In this document: in pieces, positions 23,008 to 32,880 of the stretch
Numbering within the stretch: the stretch's first letter is position 1
Layout of the letters: each line of letters begins with the position of its first letter
Assembly (NCBI GenBank): GCA_963827655.1
Contig: CAWHCF010000026.1
Span: 224,001-288,000 of the forward strand
Source: an uncultured Acidobacteriota bacterium
GTDB taxonomy: Bacteria > Acidobacteriota > UBA6911
Reading direction: 5' to 3'
Length of the DNA stretch: 64,000 nucleotides
The notes under the pieces: model-generated
The model's database searches: none
What the model was told of the DNA's origin: nothing
The model's input: only the letters and a program-made list of their open reading frames with translations
Position numbers and translations under genes: made by a program

Positions 23008-23532
23008 ATGCCCGAAGCCAGATTGAAGGACACGGTCGAGGAACACAAAAAGAAGTCCCAGATCCGAGCGAATGTCGCGGTGATCACGCTTTCCAGCTCT
23101 CGTTCGCCCGCTAACGACGAGTCTGGCGACATCATTCAGCAGCTGCTGGAGGACAACGGACACAAGGTTGCTTTGAGGAAGCTCATCTCGGACAGCCGCA
23201 ACGTTCTTCGAGCCACATTGCGCGAACTGATTCGCCAGAAGAACGTGGACACCATTATCACTACTGGAGGAACGGGATTGGCATCGTCGGATATCACCAT
23301 CGAGACCGTGCGTCCGATGCTGGAGAAAGAGCTTCCTGGATTTACCTCGCTGTTCATGCTTCTCAGTTACCCGCAGGCCAAGAGCGCGGCCATGCTCTCC
23401 CGGGCCACAGCGGGAACCATCAAGGGCAAGCTGGTTTTCTGCCTTCCCGGTAGTCCACGCGCATGCAAGATGGCGACTGAATCCCTGATTCTTCCGGAAC
23501 TCGGCCACATGCTGATGTTACTGCGAGCCTGA
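23008..23532 (+). CDS. moaB: Molybdenum cofactor biosynthesis protein, MoaB/MogA family
   Basis: DESG, TTGGTG, D-T-E, LSRATAG, LPGSP motifs. Confidence 0.85.
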   Translation: MPEARLKDTVEEHKKKSQIRANVAVITLSSSRSPANDESGDIIQQLLEDNGHKVALRKLISDSRNVLRATLRELIRQKNVDTIITTGGTGLASSDITIETVRPMLEKELPGFTSLFMLLSYPQAKSAAMLSRATAGTIKGKLVFCLPGSPRACKMATESLILPELGHMLMLLRA

Positions 23533-24212
23533 TGTCCGCTGCGTGGCCCCGGACCTGCCGGCTGTTTCTTTTCGATCTCGATGGAACGCTCATTGACTCG
23601 AAGGAGGATATCGCTCGTTCGGTAAACCTGACCCTGGCCCGGCTGCAGCTTTCGCAGATCCCGGTGAGGCAGGTCGCTACTTTTGTCGGTGACGGCGTGC
23701 AGAAGCTGATTGAGCGCAGCCTCCGGCAGGCCTCGGGAAGGGAGCCCGACAGCCAGGAGGTGAGCCGAGGGATCACGCTGTTTCTTCAAGAATACGAGGG
23801 CCATCTTCTGGACTCCACGCGGCTTTACCCTGGGGTCGAATCAGTCCTGGACCGCCTGTCGTGGGCTTCCCTCGCAGTCGTGAGTAATAAGCCCGAGAGA
23901 TTGTCTCGGCGCATCCTTGAGGGCCTTGCCGTCGACGATCGCTTCTGTGTGATTCTCGGCGGCGACAGCACACCTTTTCGCAAGCCAGACCCGGCTCCCC
24001 TGCGCCACGCGATGGCGCTATGCCGTGCGGCTCCGCATGAGTCCGTCATGGTAGGGGATAGCCCGGTTGATATAAACGCGGGCCACTCCGCGGGTACCAT
24101 GACTTGCGGAATTTCGGGTGGGTTTGGAAGCCGGCGAGAGTTGGAAGCAGCCGGGTGCGACCTGGTGCTCGAAGGCCTTCACCAGCTTCCGGATTTCTTC
24201 CAACCGCCCTGA
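23532..24212 (+). CDS. HAD-family phosphatase (phosphoglycolate phosphatase-like)
   Basis: FDLDGTL, SNKP, KPDP, VGDSPVD. Confidence 0.88.
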   Translation: MSAAWPRTCRLFLFDLDGTLIDSKEDIARSVNLTLARLQLSQIPVRQVATFVGDGVQKLIERSLRQASGREPDSQEVSRGITLFLQEYEGHLLDSTRLYPGVESVLDRLSWASLAVVSNKPERLSRRILEGLAVDDRFCVILGGDSTPFRKPDPAPLRHAMALCRAAPHESVMVGDSPVDINAGHSAGTMTCGISGGFGSRRELEAAGCDLVLEGLHQLPDFFQPP

Positions 24213-24215
24213 TCA

Positions 24216-24307
24216 ATTGCGGATTGCAGATTTCGGATTGCGGATTGGACGCTGGATCAGACGTTCTGATCAGCGCCCAATCCGCAATCCGCAATCGAAA
24301 TCCGAAT
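24216..24307. repeat. Heptamer inverted-repeat hairpin between convergent genes; possible bidirectional terminator
   Basis: (ATTGCGG)n ... (CCGCAAT)n around an inner GATCAGA/TCTGATC stem. Confidence 0.8.
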
Positions 24308-24308
24308 G

Positions 24309-25085
24309 TTATTGGGGTTTCGGCGTGGTGCCGAAATCGATCGTGGCCTTGGACCCGAAGCGCTTGTAATCTTCGTAGGTGATGGTTTCTTCGATGTGAA
24401 CCGTGTTCCCAGGGAATTTGAGCTGGCTATCTGCATGGGTCCAGACCGGAAACCAGTATTTCTCGTCTACAATCTGCCGGATGGTTTCGAAGTCCGGATA
24501 CTTGTTATCTCTTGACTGCGGCACAGGTTTTCCGATGGTTCGAACGACCTGGAGGTCCTCATCGTCTACCCAGATCTTCCCCTGAAAATAGATCTTGCGG
24601 TTGTCGATTCGCTTGGGTTTGACTGAGAAAACGTAGCAGTTGAGTTCGTCGACTCTTTCCTTCCCTTCGTACTTCAGCTCGTATTGCGGCAACTCTTTGG
24701 CAGTCAGGGCAAAGGGTTGCAGATTGTTGAGCACCTCGGTGTCTTCAGGCGTCCAGCGCACGGATCGCAGCTCACCGCGCTTCTGAACCAGCTTTACCTC
24801 GCGGGTTCCGTCGTCCTTGAAGATGATCTCCGAAACCAGGCTCAGACGTTCCCTCGAGGGTCTTCCGTCCACGGACACCACTTTAACCTCGGCGATCTGT
24901 CGATAGGAATACTGCATCCAGGCTTCGTAAAACTCCGTCTCCTTGGCCGAGAACGCCTTGATGACCTCGTCAGGGCTAAGGTTCTGTTTCTTCGCCTCTT
25001 GAGATGACAGCCCGGGCATTTGCAAGAGAAGCATCCCGAGCACGAGCAGACGTCCCGATCTGGTAAGCCAGGATTGTTTCGCCAT
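24309..25085 (-). CDS. Secreted hypothetical protein (possibly outer-membrane lipoprotein-sorting-like)
   Basis: Signal peptide; CYVFSVKP, FQGKIWVDDED, YWFP, YEDYKRF. Confidence 0.7.
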   Translation of the reverse strand: MAKQSWLTRSGRLLVLGMLLLQMPGLSSQEAKKQNLSPDEVIKAFSAKETEFYEAWMQYSYRQIAEVKVVSVDGRPSRERLSLVSEIIFKDDGTREVKLVQKRGELRSVRWTPEDTEVLNNLQPFALTAKELPQYELKYEGKERVDELNCYVFSVKPKRIDNRKIYFQGKIWVDDEDLQVVRTIGKPVPQSRDNKYPDFETIRQIVDEKYWFPVWTHADSQLKFPGNTVHIEETITYEDYKRFGSKATIDFGTTPKPQ

Positions 25086-25180
25086 AGCCCAATTAGATTA
25101 CCAAATGTGCCTGTTGTTTCAGTAGCGTTTTTCAGATCTTTGTATTACTAGTTCGTAACTTCTTGCTTTTTTGGCAAGAT

Positions 25181-25270
25181 TCTTGGTGTTTCTTCGTGTC
25201 TTTGAGTCTTCGTGGTATTTGTTAGACAGCTCTAACCACGAAGGCACGAAGATACAAAGAAACACTAAGA
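25181..25270. repeat. REP-like inverted pair of the 9-nt-periodic family
   Basis: tcttggtgtttcttcgtgtc...cttcgtggt and accacgaag...aagaaacactaaga arms. Confidence 0.8.
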
Positions 25271-25352
25271 GCACTTCGGTTGCGGCCTCGCGGCTGCGTT
25301 AGGATTTCTTGAAACCACCGCGAAGATTCCGTGGCCGTGCCTGGGAATGGGC

Positions 25353-25826
25353 CTAGCGGCCAACCTTGCGGTAGACTGAATTCAAGAGCCGCGAGTTAGA
25401 AACCAGGTACCTTGCTTCCAGGGCGAAGCAATAACTGTTGGAGAGGAAAGCTGCCCAGCCCAGAATGTGATGCACCCACACGGGAACCACCCTGGTGTGG
25501 GTGCCGCCGCCCAAAATGAACTGTGCCATCGTGAGCAGGATGGCCACCATCATCGACGGAAATAGTCTGTTTTTGTAAAGAATTGTCTCCTGTACGACTT
25601 CCGGGCCAAGACCATGCTCTCGCGCCAGCTCTTTGATGTGCTTGCCGGTTCCGATGAAGAAAAACATAGTCATGCTGTGGCCCAGGGAGAGCAGAAATGT
25701 CGAGGCCAGCGACAACGAGAAGTGCCGGGAGAATGCACCCGGACCCGGTATCCGGTATCCGTAGTATATGGAGGCTCCCTGTACGAGGAGACCGAGAAGA
25801 AGGGCCGTCAAAAGAGCGCTTGCCAT
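25353..25826 (-). CDS. Four-TM hypothetical membrane protein
   Basis: Four hydrophobic segments; HSMTMFFFIGTG. Confidence 0.65.
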   Translation of the reverse strand: MASALLTALLLGLLVQGASIYYGYRIPGPGAFSRHFSLSLASTFLLSLGHSMTMFFFIGTGKHIKELAREHGLGPEVVQETILYKNRLFPSMMVAILLTMAQFILGGGTHTRVVPVWVHHILGWAAFLSNSYCFALEARYLVSNSRLLNSVYRKVGR

Positions 25827-25932
25827 GGGTACGGAGTCTAGTTCACGCGAACGCGGCGATCAACTGCCTTGACCGGTCCGCAAAATTGTCTGCGCGACGA
25901 ATACCGCTAAGACACAAAGGAAAAAACAGACG

Positions 25933-26667
25933 ATGCGCGCGAGTCCGCTGGATAACATCACGATCGTGCTGGTCGGAACCAAGTACCCTGGGAACATCGG
26001 ATCGGTGGCCCGCGCGATGTGGAATATGGGACTCGATCATCTGCGGCTGGCGCGCCCCGTGTGCGCCATAGACGAGGAATCCCGGCGCATGGCGAGAAGC
26101 GGCGACGCTGTCCTCGCCCGGGCGAGGGTCCATCGCTCTCTCCAGGCTGCCCTGCGCGGCATTCGCTTGACCGTGGGGACTACAGCCAAGACCGGAGGTT
26201 ACCGGAGACGGGCCCAGACCCCTCGAATAATGGCGCCCCAAATCGTGGCGCAGGCCGCCCGGCAGAAAGTCGCCATAGTCTTCGGGCCTGAAGATACAGG
26301 CCTGGTGGATCAGGACCTTCGCCTCTGTCACATGCTGGTTCGTATCCCGACGCACCGGCGAGGTCGCAGCATCAATGTGGCTCAATCGGTCATGCTCCTT
26401 TGCTATGAGCTTTATCTTGCGCAATCGAACCGAAACGTTTCTCAACCCCTGGCACTCGCGCCGGTTGAGCAGCTCGAGGCCATGTACCAACAGCTCCAGG
26501 AAGCCCTGCTCGAAGCCGGGTTTCTTCACTCGAAGAATACGGACCATATGATGTTTGCGCTGCGCCGCTTGCTGGGCCGGGCGGGACTGGAAGATTCTGA
26601 CGTGGCGATTCTCCGCGGGATCGCCCGCCAGATCGCCTGGCACGCAAAGCGGGCGCCGAATTCCTAG
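25933..26667 (+). CDS. trmJ: tRNA (C32/U32) 2'-O-methyltransferase, TrmJ/LasT family
   Basis: PGNIGSVARAM, VFGPEDTGL, SINVAQSV, ILRGI. Confidence 0.85.
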   Translation: MRASPLDNITIVLVGTKYPGNIGSVARAMWNMGLDHLRLARPVCAIDEESRRMARSGDAVLARARVHRSLQAALRGIRLTVGTTAKTGGYRRRAQTPRIMAPQIVAQAARQKVAIVFGPEDTGLVDQDLRLCHMLVRIPTHRRGRSINVAQSVMLLCYELYLAQSNRNVSQPLALAPVEQLEAMYQQLQEALLEAGFLHSKNTDHMMFALRRLLGRAGLEDSDVAILRGIARQIAWHAKRAPNS

Positions 26668-26781
26668 CGGGATCTTTGCGTCTTCCCGACTTTATGGTAA
26701 AAGGCTGATAATAGACTCCACTGCCAGGACCCGAGTCGCATTAAGAGGGGCGTCGTTCCGGCGAGGAGCAGGACTTGCGAC

Positions 26782-27537
26782 ATGAAAGAAAGAGCAGCAT
26801 CTATCTCGGCCTTTTTTCCTGCCTATAACGACGTCGGATCGATCGGCAAGATAGTCCACACCATGGCGTGGATGCTGCCGAGACTGACGGATGACTTCGA
26901 AGTCGTCATCGTGGATGACGGGTCGACCGATGGCACAGGCGCCCTCCTGGATCTTCTGGCTCGCGAGTACGCTTTCCTGAGAATCATCCATCACGGTGTC
27001 AATCGAGGCTACGGCGCCGCGCTGATCACGGGGTTCGCGAATTGTTCGAAGGAATTGATATTCTACACGGACGGCGATGGACAGTACGATGTTGAGGAGC
27101 TGCCGAAGCTTTTGGATGCGTTCGACGATGGGGTCGACATCGTAAACGGCTATAAGATCAGCCGGTCGGATCCCAGACACAGGATCATCATCGGCCGGAT
27201 GTATCAGTTTCTCATGCGTGCGCTGTTCCGATTGAACGTTCGCGACGTTGATTGCGATTTCCGGCTCTTCCGACGAAGGGTGTTCGAGCGGGTCGAGCTT
27301 ACTTGCGACAGCGGTGTGATCTGCGTGGAAATGATGAAGAAGTTTCAGGCCAACGGTTGCCGAATGGCGGAAGTCCCGGTCCACCACTACCACCGGTCCA
27401 GCGGGCGAAGCCAGTTTTTTAGTTTCAAGCATCTCCGTCGTGTCTTCATCCAGCTTTTTTCAGCCTGGTGGAAACTGGTCGTGCGGCGCGAACTGACGCG
27501 CCACAACGTGGGAGAAGCAGTAAGCAGCAGGCAGTAA
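26782..27537 (+). CDS. GT2 glycosyltransferase (DPM1-like)
   Basis: PAYND, DDGSTD, NRGYG, DGDGQYD, DVDCDFRLF. Confidence 0.9.
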   Translation: MKERAASISAFFPAYNDVGSIGKIVHTMAWMLPRLTDDFEVVIVDDGSTDGTGALLDLLAREYAFLRIIHHGVNRGYGAALITGFANCSKELIFYTDGDGQYDVEELPKLLDAFDDGVDIVNGYKISRSDPRHRIIIGRMYQFLMRALFRLNVRDVDCDFRLFRRRVFERVELTCDSGVICVEMMKKFQANGCRMAEVPVHHYHRSSGRSQFFSFKHLRRVFIQLFSAWWKLVVRRELTRHNVGEAVSSRQ

Positions 27538-27612
27538 GCAGCAACAACTTTCCGAATCCCCGGTGCCTGCTGCCTACTGCTTCTCTACTGCCTGCCGCCT
27601 ATTGCCTGCTGC
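27513..27612. repeat. Heptamer inverted repeat (GCAGTAA/TACTGCC) that supplies the GT2 stop codon
   Basis: agaagcagtaagcagcaggca pairs with tgcctgctgcctactgcttct; related tracts near 13898-13915 and 14030-14080. Confidence 0.75.
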
Positions 27613-27615
27613 TCT

Positions 27616-28731
27616 ATGCTGATCCCATTCCTGGATCTCAGCCGCGAATCCGAGCGCTACCGCGCCGAGATCGCGCGCGCGGTCAGTCGCGTTACCGAAG
27701 CCGGCTGGTACGTTCTCGGACCAGAATTGGCCGCTTTCGAGAAGGAGTTTGCGATTTATTTCAACGTGCCATTTGCCGTCGGTGTCGGAACGGGAACCGA
27801 CGCGCTCACTCTGGCGCTCGAATCCAGCGCCGCCATCGTCCCAGGGGAGGACCACGAAGTCTTGACCTCGGCTCTGTCGGCCGGTTTTACGGCTTTGGCC
27901 ATTTATCGCGCTGGTGCGATCCCCAGATTTGTCGACATCGATCCAAAGACACTGCAGTTGAATCCGGCACGGCTGGAGTCTCTTATCGGACCCCAGACTC
28001 GAGCGATTGTTCCCGTCCACCTCTACGGGCATAGCTGCGACATGGAGGCGATTGGGCGCGTCGCCGCGCGGCATGGCCTGGCCATTATCGAGGATGCATG
28101 TCAGGCGCACGGCGCTCGCCTGAATGGAAAGCTGCTGGGAACCCTGGGCGTGGCCGGAGCGTTCAGCTTCTATCCGACCAAAAACCTTGGAGCTCTGGGA
28201 GACGGAGGAATGCTGGTGACCCACGATGAAGAGACCTATCACCGCGCTCGCAAGCTCCGGCACGGAGGCCAGAGCCGGACTCATTATCACGGGCTCCTGG
28301 GAAGAAATTCCCGGCTGGATGAAATTCAGGCTGCCATCCTTCGATTCAAGCTGGAGAATCTGGAAGCTCGAAACCAGAAGCGCAGGAAGATGGCCGAACG
28401 CTACGATCGGGCTTTGTCGGGGCTCGATCTGGCGATACTTCCTGCAGACGACAGACTGCTTTTGAACCGGCACCTCTACGTCGTGCGCACTCCGCGGCGG
28501 GAGCCAATCCGCGCATTCTTGCAGGAGAAGGGAATTGAAACCCTGGTGCACTATCCAACTCCCCTGCCCAGCCAGCCGGCATTTCAACGATTCGTTCTAC
28601 CGGGCCAGACCTTCCCTGAGGCCGAGGCCGCCACCCGTGAGATCTTTTCACTTCCGCTTTATCCTGAACTCACTGAGGATGAGTTCCAACATGTGGTGGA
28701 AAACTTGAATGAGTTTTTCGAGCGGTCATGA
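27616..28731 (+). CDS. DegT/DnrJ/EryC1/StrS sugar aminotransferase
   Basis: PVHLYG, EDACQAHG, SFYPTKNLG, NSRLDEIQAA. Confidence 0.93.
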   Translation: MLIPFLDLSRESERYRAEIARAVSRVTEAGWYVLGPELAAFEKEFAIYFNVPFAVGVGTGTDALTLALESSAAIVPGEDHEVLTSALSAGFTALAIYRAGAIPRFVDIDPKTLQLNPARLESLIGPQTRAIVPVHLYGHSCDMEAIGRVAARHGLAIIEDACQAHGARLNGKLLGTLGVAGAFSFYPTKNLGALGDGGMLVTHDEETYHRARKLRHGGQSRTHYHGLLGRNSRLDEIQAAILRFKLENLEARNQKRRKMAERYDRALSGLDLAILPADDRLLLNRHLYVVRTPRREPIRAFLQEKGIETLVHYPTPLPSQPAFQRFVLPGQTFPEAEAATREIFSLPLYPELTEDEFQHVVENLNEFFERS

Positions 28732-29498
28732 ACGAAGAAGAATACGCTTTCATGTACTTGCAGGAGGAGAGTCACTGGTGGTTTGTGGGCATGCGAGCGA
28801 TCGTGCTTTCTCTCCTGCCGACGTCCGCGCTGCCTCCCTCGCCGCGAACCCTGGATGCCGGATGCGGCACCGGTTATAACCTGAGCTGGTTTAAAGAGCA
28901 GTACGGAAGCAAAGCGAGTGGCCTCGACTACTATCGCTACGCTTTCCCTTTTTGCCGGCGTCGCGGTGAAATGGACCTGGTTCAAGGAGACATCGCAAGC
29001 CTGCCATTCGTTTCCGGCAGCTTCGACCTGGTGGCTTCGCTGGACGTCCTGCAGCAGGTGCCCGATGAGGGAGCCCGCGCGCGAGCGGTGATGGAGTTCC
29101 AGCGGGTTCTCAAGCCAGGGGGCTGGTTTGTGATTCGGGTGGCCGCTTTCGAATGGTTGCGCAGCAGCCACGACAACGAGCTGCTTACCCAGCGACGGTT
29201 TGGAGCGCGCGAATTCCGGGAGTTGATAAACGGCGCTGGTTTCCAGATCGTCCGGTTTACCTTTGCCAACAGCTTCTTGTTTCCGTTGGCGGCGCTCTGG
29301 CGCTGTCTCAAGAAAGTCGGCCTTGTGCCCGGCGGCTCCGATGTGCGCCCCACGACTCGGGGAACGGCTTGGCTGAATAACGCGATGGAGTCTCTCTTGC
29401 GGCTCGAGGCCGCTGTTCTTCAAAAGGGAGCCGTTTCATTTCCAATGGGGCTATCGTTGATCGTCGTCGCTCGCAAACCGGTGGTCGGCAGTCAATGA
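28728..29498 (+). CDS. Class I SAM-dependent methyltransferase
   Basis: HWWF, LDAGCGTG, RVLKPGG. Confidence 0.88.
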   Translation: MNEEEYAFMYLQEESHWWFVGMRAIVLSLLPTSALPPSPRTLDAGCGTGYNLSWFKEQYGSKASGLDYYRYAFPFCRRRGEMDLVQGDIASLPFVSGSFDLVASLDVLQQVPDEGARARAVMEFQRVLKPGGWFVIRVAAFEWLRSSHDNELLTQRRFGAREFRELINGAGFQIVRFTFANSFLFPLAALWRCLKKVGLVPGGSDVRPTTRGTAWLNNAMESLLRLEAAVLQKGAVSFPMGLSLIVVARKPVVGSQ

Positions 29499-29555
29499 GG
29501 GTTTTCTTGTTAGGTGGCCACCGATCGCCCTTCGGTCGTGGTATCCTCAAACCGC

Positions 29556-30158
29556 ATGTTGGAGTACGTCACTGACTTCTTCGGATCGCTGAGCCCAGTC
29601 TGGTTCTACCTCGCTCTCTTCGCCTGCGCCTATATTGAGAACGTGTTTCCGCCGATTCCCGGCGACACAGTAACGGTCTTCGGCGCCTACATCGTCGCCC
29701 GGTCGCAACAAAAGGTCCTGGGCGTGTTCGCTGCCACGACTCTGGGAAGCATGGCCGGTTTCATGACCTATTACGCCGTCGGAAGGCTCGTGCCATTGAG
29801 GTATTTCACTGAGGGAAAGTTCTGGTTTCTTCCCGCTGCGAGCGTTCGAAAGGCCGGCGATTGGTTCCAGACATATGGATACTGGCTGGTCCTGGGAAAT
29901 CGCTTTCTTTCGGGAGTCCGGTCGGTGATCTCTATCGTGGCGGGTGTTTACAGGCTTCCCTGGCCCAGGGTTCTGGTTCTCGCGACCATCGGCTGCGCGG
30001 TGTGGAACGCGCTGCTGATATGGGCCGGGTATTTCCTGGGAGCCAACTGGCGCGCCATTGAAGATCTGCTTCGAGAATACACCCGCTTTGTCCTGATAGT
30101 CCTGATCCTCTTGGCCGGCGCCTGGCTGCTGCGAAGAAAGATTTTCACCGCACGCTAA
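29556..30158 (+). CDS. DedA family membrane protein
   Basis: IENVFPPIPGD, NRFLSGVRS. Confidence 0.9.
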   Translation: MLEYVTDFFGSLSPVWFYLALFACAYIENVFPPIPGDTVTVFGAYIVARSQQKVLGVFAATTLGSMAGFMTYYAVGRLVPLRYFTEGKFWFLPAASVRKAGDWFQTYGYWLVLGNRFLSGVRSVISIVAGVYRLPWPRVLVLATIGCAVWNALLIWAGYFLGANWRAIEDLLREYTRFVLIVLILLAGAWLLRRKIFTAR

Positions 30159-30207
30159 GTCGGCGTTCGCAATTGCGCCCATGATATTCTGAAGCAGCGG
30201 TGAGGCC

Positions 30208-30584
30208 TGGAGTCAGCAGCCAGAGCCAGAATCGCCTTGGCATATGCATTCAGCAGTCGGCTGACTTCCTCAGGAGATGATCCTTCCTTCTGAGGACTGC
30301 CGTAACCCAGGTCGTGTGCCAGTCAGGTAGTAGCGGCTCTCTTCAAGCGAACCCTCGGCAATGTTCATGAATCGTGCTTTGTCGGCCTTGCCTCGCCGTT
30401 TGAAACCTTCTGCGACGTTCGCCGGTATGGACACGGCGGCCTTTCGCATTTGCTGCACCAGGCCATAGATCTCGCGCTGCGGGAACGATTCCGTGTAACG
30501 ATACACTTCGAGCACAAATTCATGAGCTTTCTGCCATACCAGTAGATCGCGGAAGGTCTTTGCGCTTGGCCGCTGTGCTTGCAT
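30208..30584 (-). CDS. Four-helix-bundle (23S rRNA IVP-like) protein, frameshifted near 30322; 3' end uncertain
   Basis: FRDLLVWQKAH, FPQREIYGL, SIPANVAEG, AEGSLEE; shifted frame continues HDLGY...EEVSRLLNAYAKAIL. Confidence 0.8.
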
Positions 30585-30772
30585 GATATCGCCCCATCTC
30601 GTGATGTTATCCTTTTCAGGTAGTGTCAACCAACTGGAGGATTCCATGAACGCCTTTTACCAACACATTCTTGCTCCTGACTCCTGACTTCTGGCTTCTA
30701 ACGTGAACAAAATTCTCGTAAGCTCAGACCAACGGTCTAAGCACGGAGACGCCAAGCCGCAAAAACAAAAGG

Positions 30773-31468
30773 TTATTCGCGCGCGGTAAGCTTGTCGGAA
30801 GGGAGGCGAAATCCGAGCTGGGAACGGGCATCCTTCCACGGAACACCAAAGGAATCCAGCAGCAGTTTCTCGCTCGCGGCCTGAATATTTCCGCCGGGAC
30901 CTTCGTACTGGAAGACAATCAACCGGTAAGTATTAGCCGTCGCGAGCCCACCGGACCGCTCGTAAGAGTAAGTCCCCTGGAAGCTCCCCACCCGCGTGCC
31001 CGCTTTGTCGACGACGTCGAGACCCTGCAGGGAGTCGGCCGGAAGATACTTGAGTAAAGAATTGGTGAGAGGGAGCAAAGTCTTCGGATCATTGAGTACG
31101 AAGACGTTTTCGTAGGTTAGCGCGTGGGCAGAGAGGGAGGAGTCCACGACGGCCCAGAACTCAACCCCGGTCAGCCCCGGCGCCCCGGCCCGAACCTTTT
31201 CCAACTCGCCGGCCAGCGCCGGCCAGTCGACCCGTTCGGCAGCGCCATTGAGACATCGATCAACCTCCTGCCACTGGGCCATCTTGGGCTTGCCGCGCGT
31301 TTTCAATTTACAGGGAAATGCGGTTGCCACCGTCTGATATGCCGGCGCGACCAGAGCATCAATCTTGTTCTTCAACTCGGCTGGCGGGGCCTGGAAGGAA
31401 AACACGAACACCCGGGAGACGGCAAAGACCAGGAGACCGATTCGGGTTGAATTCAGAAAGTACGCCAT
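30773..31468 (-). CDS. Secreted hypothetical protein
   Basis: 231-aa ORF with hydrophobic N-terminus, co-oriented with neighbours. Confidence 0.6.
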   Translation of the reverse strand: MAYFLNSTRIGLLVFAVSRVFVFSFQAPPAELKNKIDALVAPAYQTVATAFPCKLKTRGKPKMAQWQEVDRCLNGAAERVDWPALAGELEKVRAGAPGLTGVEFWAVVDSSLSAHALTYENVFVLNDPKTLLPLTNSLLKYLPADSLQGLDVVDKAGTRVGSFQGTYSYERSGGLATANTYRLIVFQYEGPGGNIQAASEKLLLDSFGVPWKDARSQLGFRLPSDKLTARE

Positions 31469-31502
31469 TCGTGTCCCGGCGGTATTTGTTTCGATCGCTT
31501 CC

Positions 31503-32499
31503 TCACGGTCTGGAGCCGGAGAGTTTGCGAATGGCGATTTGGGCCGCCGCGGCTACCGAACCGTCCTTGTCACGAGCAAGCGGTTCGAGGTCTTTCACGT
31601 TGGTCGCGTCGCCGAGCAACGCTATCGCCTGAACTGCGCTCAGGCGAACGCCGGGATGAGTGTCCTTGAGCGCCTGCTGGAACTGGGGAAGGGCCGAACG
31701 CACACCCATTGCGGAAAGGCCTTCAATCGCGGCCACCCTCACCTCGACCGCCGGATCCCGCAACACCTTCATCAATCCCTGAATTGCAATCTCTCCCTTG
31801 GCCAGCACGAGCACTTCAATCGCTTTCTGCCGCTTTTCAAGAGAGGTGCTATCTTCGAGCGCCTTCAGGGCTTGCTCCGGGGTTTCCATCGCGTCTTCAG
31901 CTCGTTTCGTGGGCGCGCCGGTACCGATGTACCTCAGGCTGGCCTCGCCCTTTCCTCGCGCAAAGATGCGAACCAGCTGAATCCGGTTGCCGGCCGATTC
32001 ACTGGGCTCGTAGTAAAAGAACGAGTTGTTCCCCGATACGATCCTTTGTATGGCCTCCTGGAGTGGGACCCGGTAGAGGCTCACCGATACCGGCGGATTT
32101 ACCTGGACCGGAACCTCGAAGACCACGCCGGTCTGGGCAGCCAGTTCTTCCAGGACATTGTGAAGGAGGGCATCTCGAATATCAGCCGAGACGTGATTCT
32201 CTTCCACGCGGATTTTCATCAGCGGCGTCACTGGAGCCTGGTAAAGGGCGAGCGCGCCGGCAGCCGCCGCTTCCATCGTGAGACCACAGACCAAAAATCC
32301 CACCAAGGGAACCAGGCGATTTCTAAGGGTTCGCGCAGGAAATAAGTGCAGCTGCAGCCCCCCCCTGCAGGCCGCAGCCCCGAAGGGGCGCGATCCTCAG
32401 CGTGCTTAGCGAACAGAAACCGGTTCATAATTGACCGCCGACTCTTGCGCCAGAATGTGAAGTTATTTTTGCGCGAGCCCTAAGACGAGCCGTTTTCAT
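31503..32499 (-). CDS. HEAT-repeat protein with N-terminal secretin-N-like region, interrupted near its 5' end by a MITE
   Basis: L-x-D...VRxAA repeats; removing the insertion restores MKTARLRNRLVPLVGFLVC from ATG 32499. Confidence 0.75.
32327..32480. mobile_element. MITE copy 1 (154 bp) with TAA target duplication
   Basis: TIRs GGGTTCGCGCAGGAAATAA and TTATTTTTGCGCGAGCCC; TAA on both flanks; inverted homolog at 60659-60891. Confidence 0.85.
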
Positions 32500-32822
32500 T
32501 CCTTGCCTGTTTCAACCGCATCGACAATTTTCATGAACAGTTGAAAGCGATACATGTCGAAGAGCTCGCGAAGTTTCTGATTGGGATTTATCAGGACCAG
32601 ATTTCCCTTTCGATCTCGCATCAGCTTGAAGAGTCTGAGGACTTCTCCTATTCCGGAACTGTCCATGAAGGGGACGTCTTTGAAGTCCAGCACCACTTCA
32701 CGCACGCCTTCTTCGAGTAACGAGTCCAGTCGAGTCTGCAGGTCCGGGCAATGCTCAAAAGTAATCTTGTTCTTGATTCGGACGATGCGCCGATCGCCCC
32801 GTGATTCAACTTGGATATCCAT
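32496..32822 (-). CDS. STAS-domain anti-sigma factor antagonist
   Basis: VVLDFKDVPFMDSSGIG. Confidence 0.9.
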   Translation of the reverse strand: MDIQVESRGDRRIVRIKNKITFEHCPDLQTRLDSLLEEGVREVVLDFKDVPFMDSSGIGEVLRLFKLMRDRKGNLVLINPNQKLRELFDMYRFQLFMKIVDAVETGKE

Positions 32823-32880
32823 AGGCTGTGGTGGAAAATACTGTCACATTTCCCGCGAGGGGGCAAGCACCTCAGTCGCC

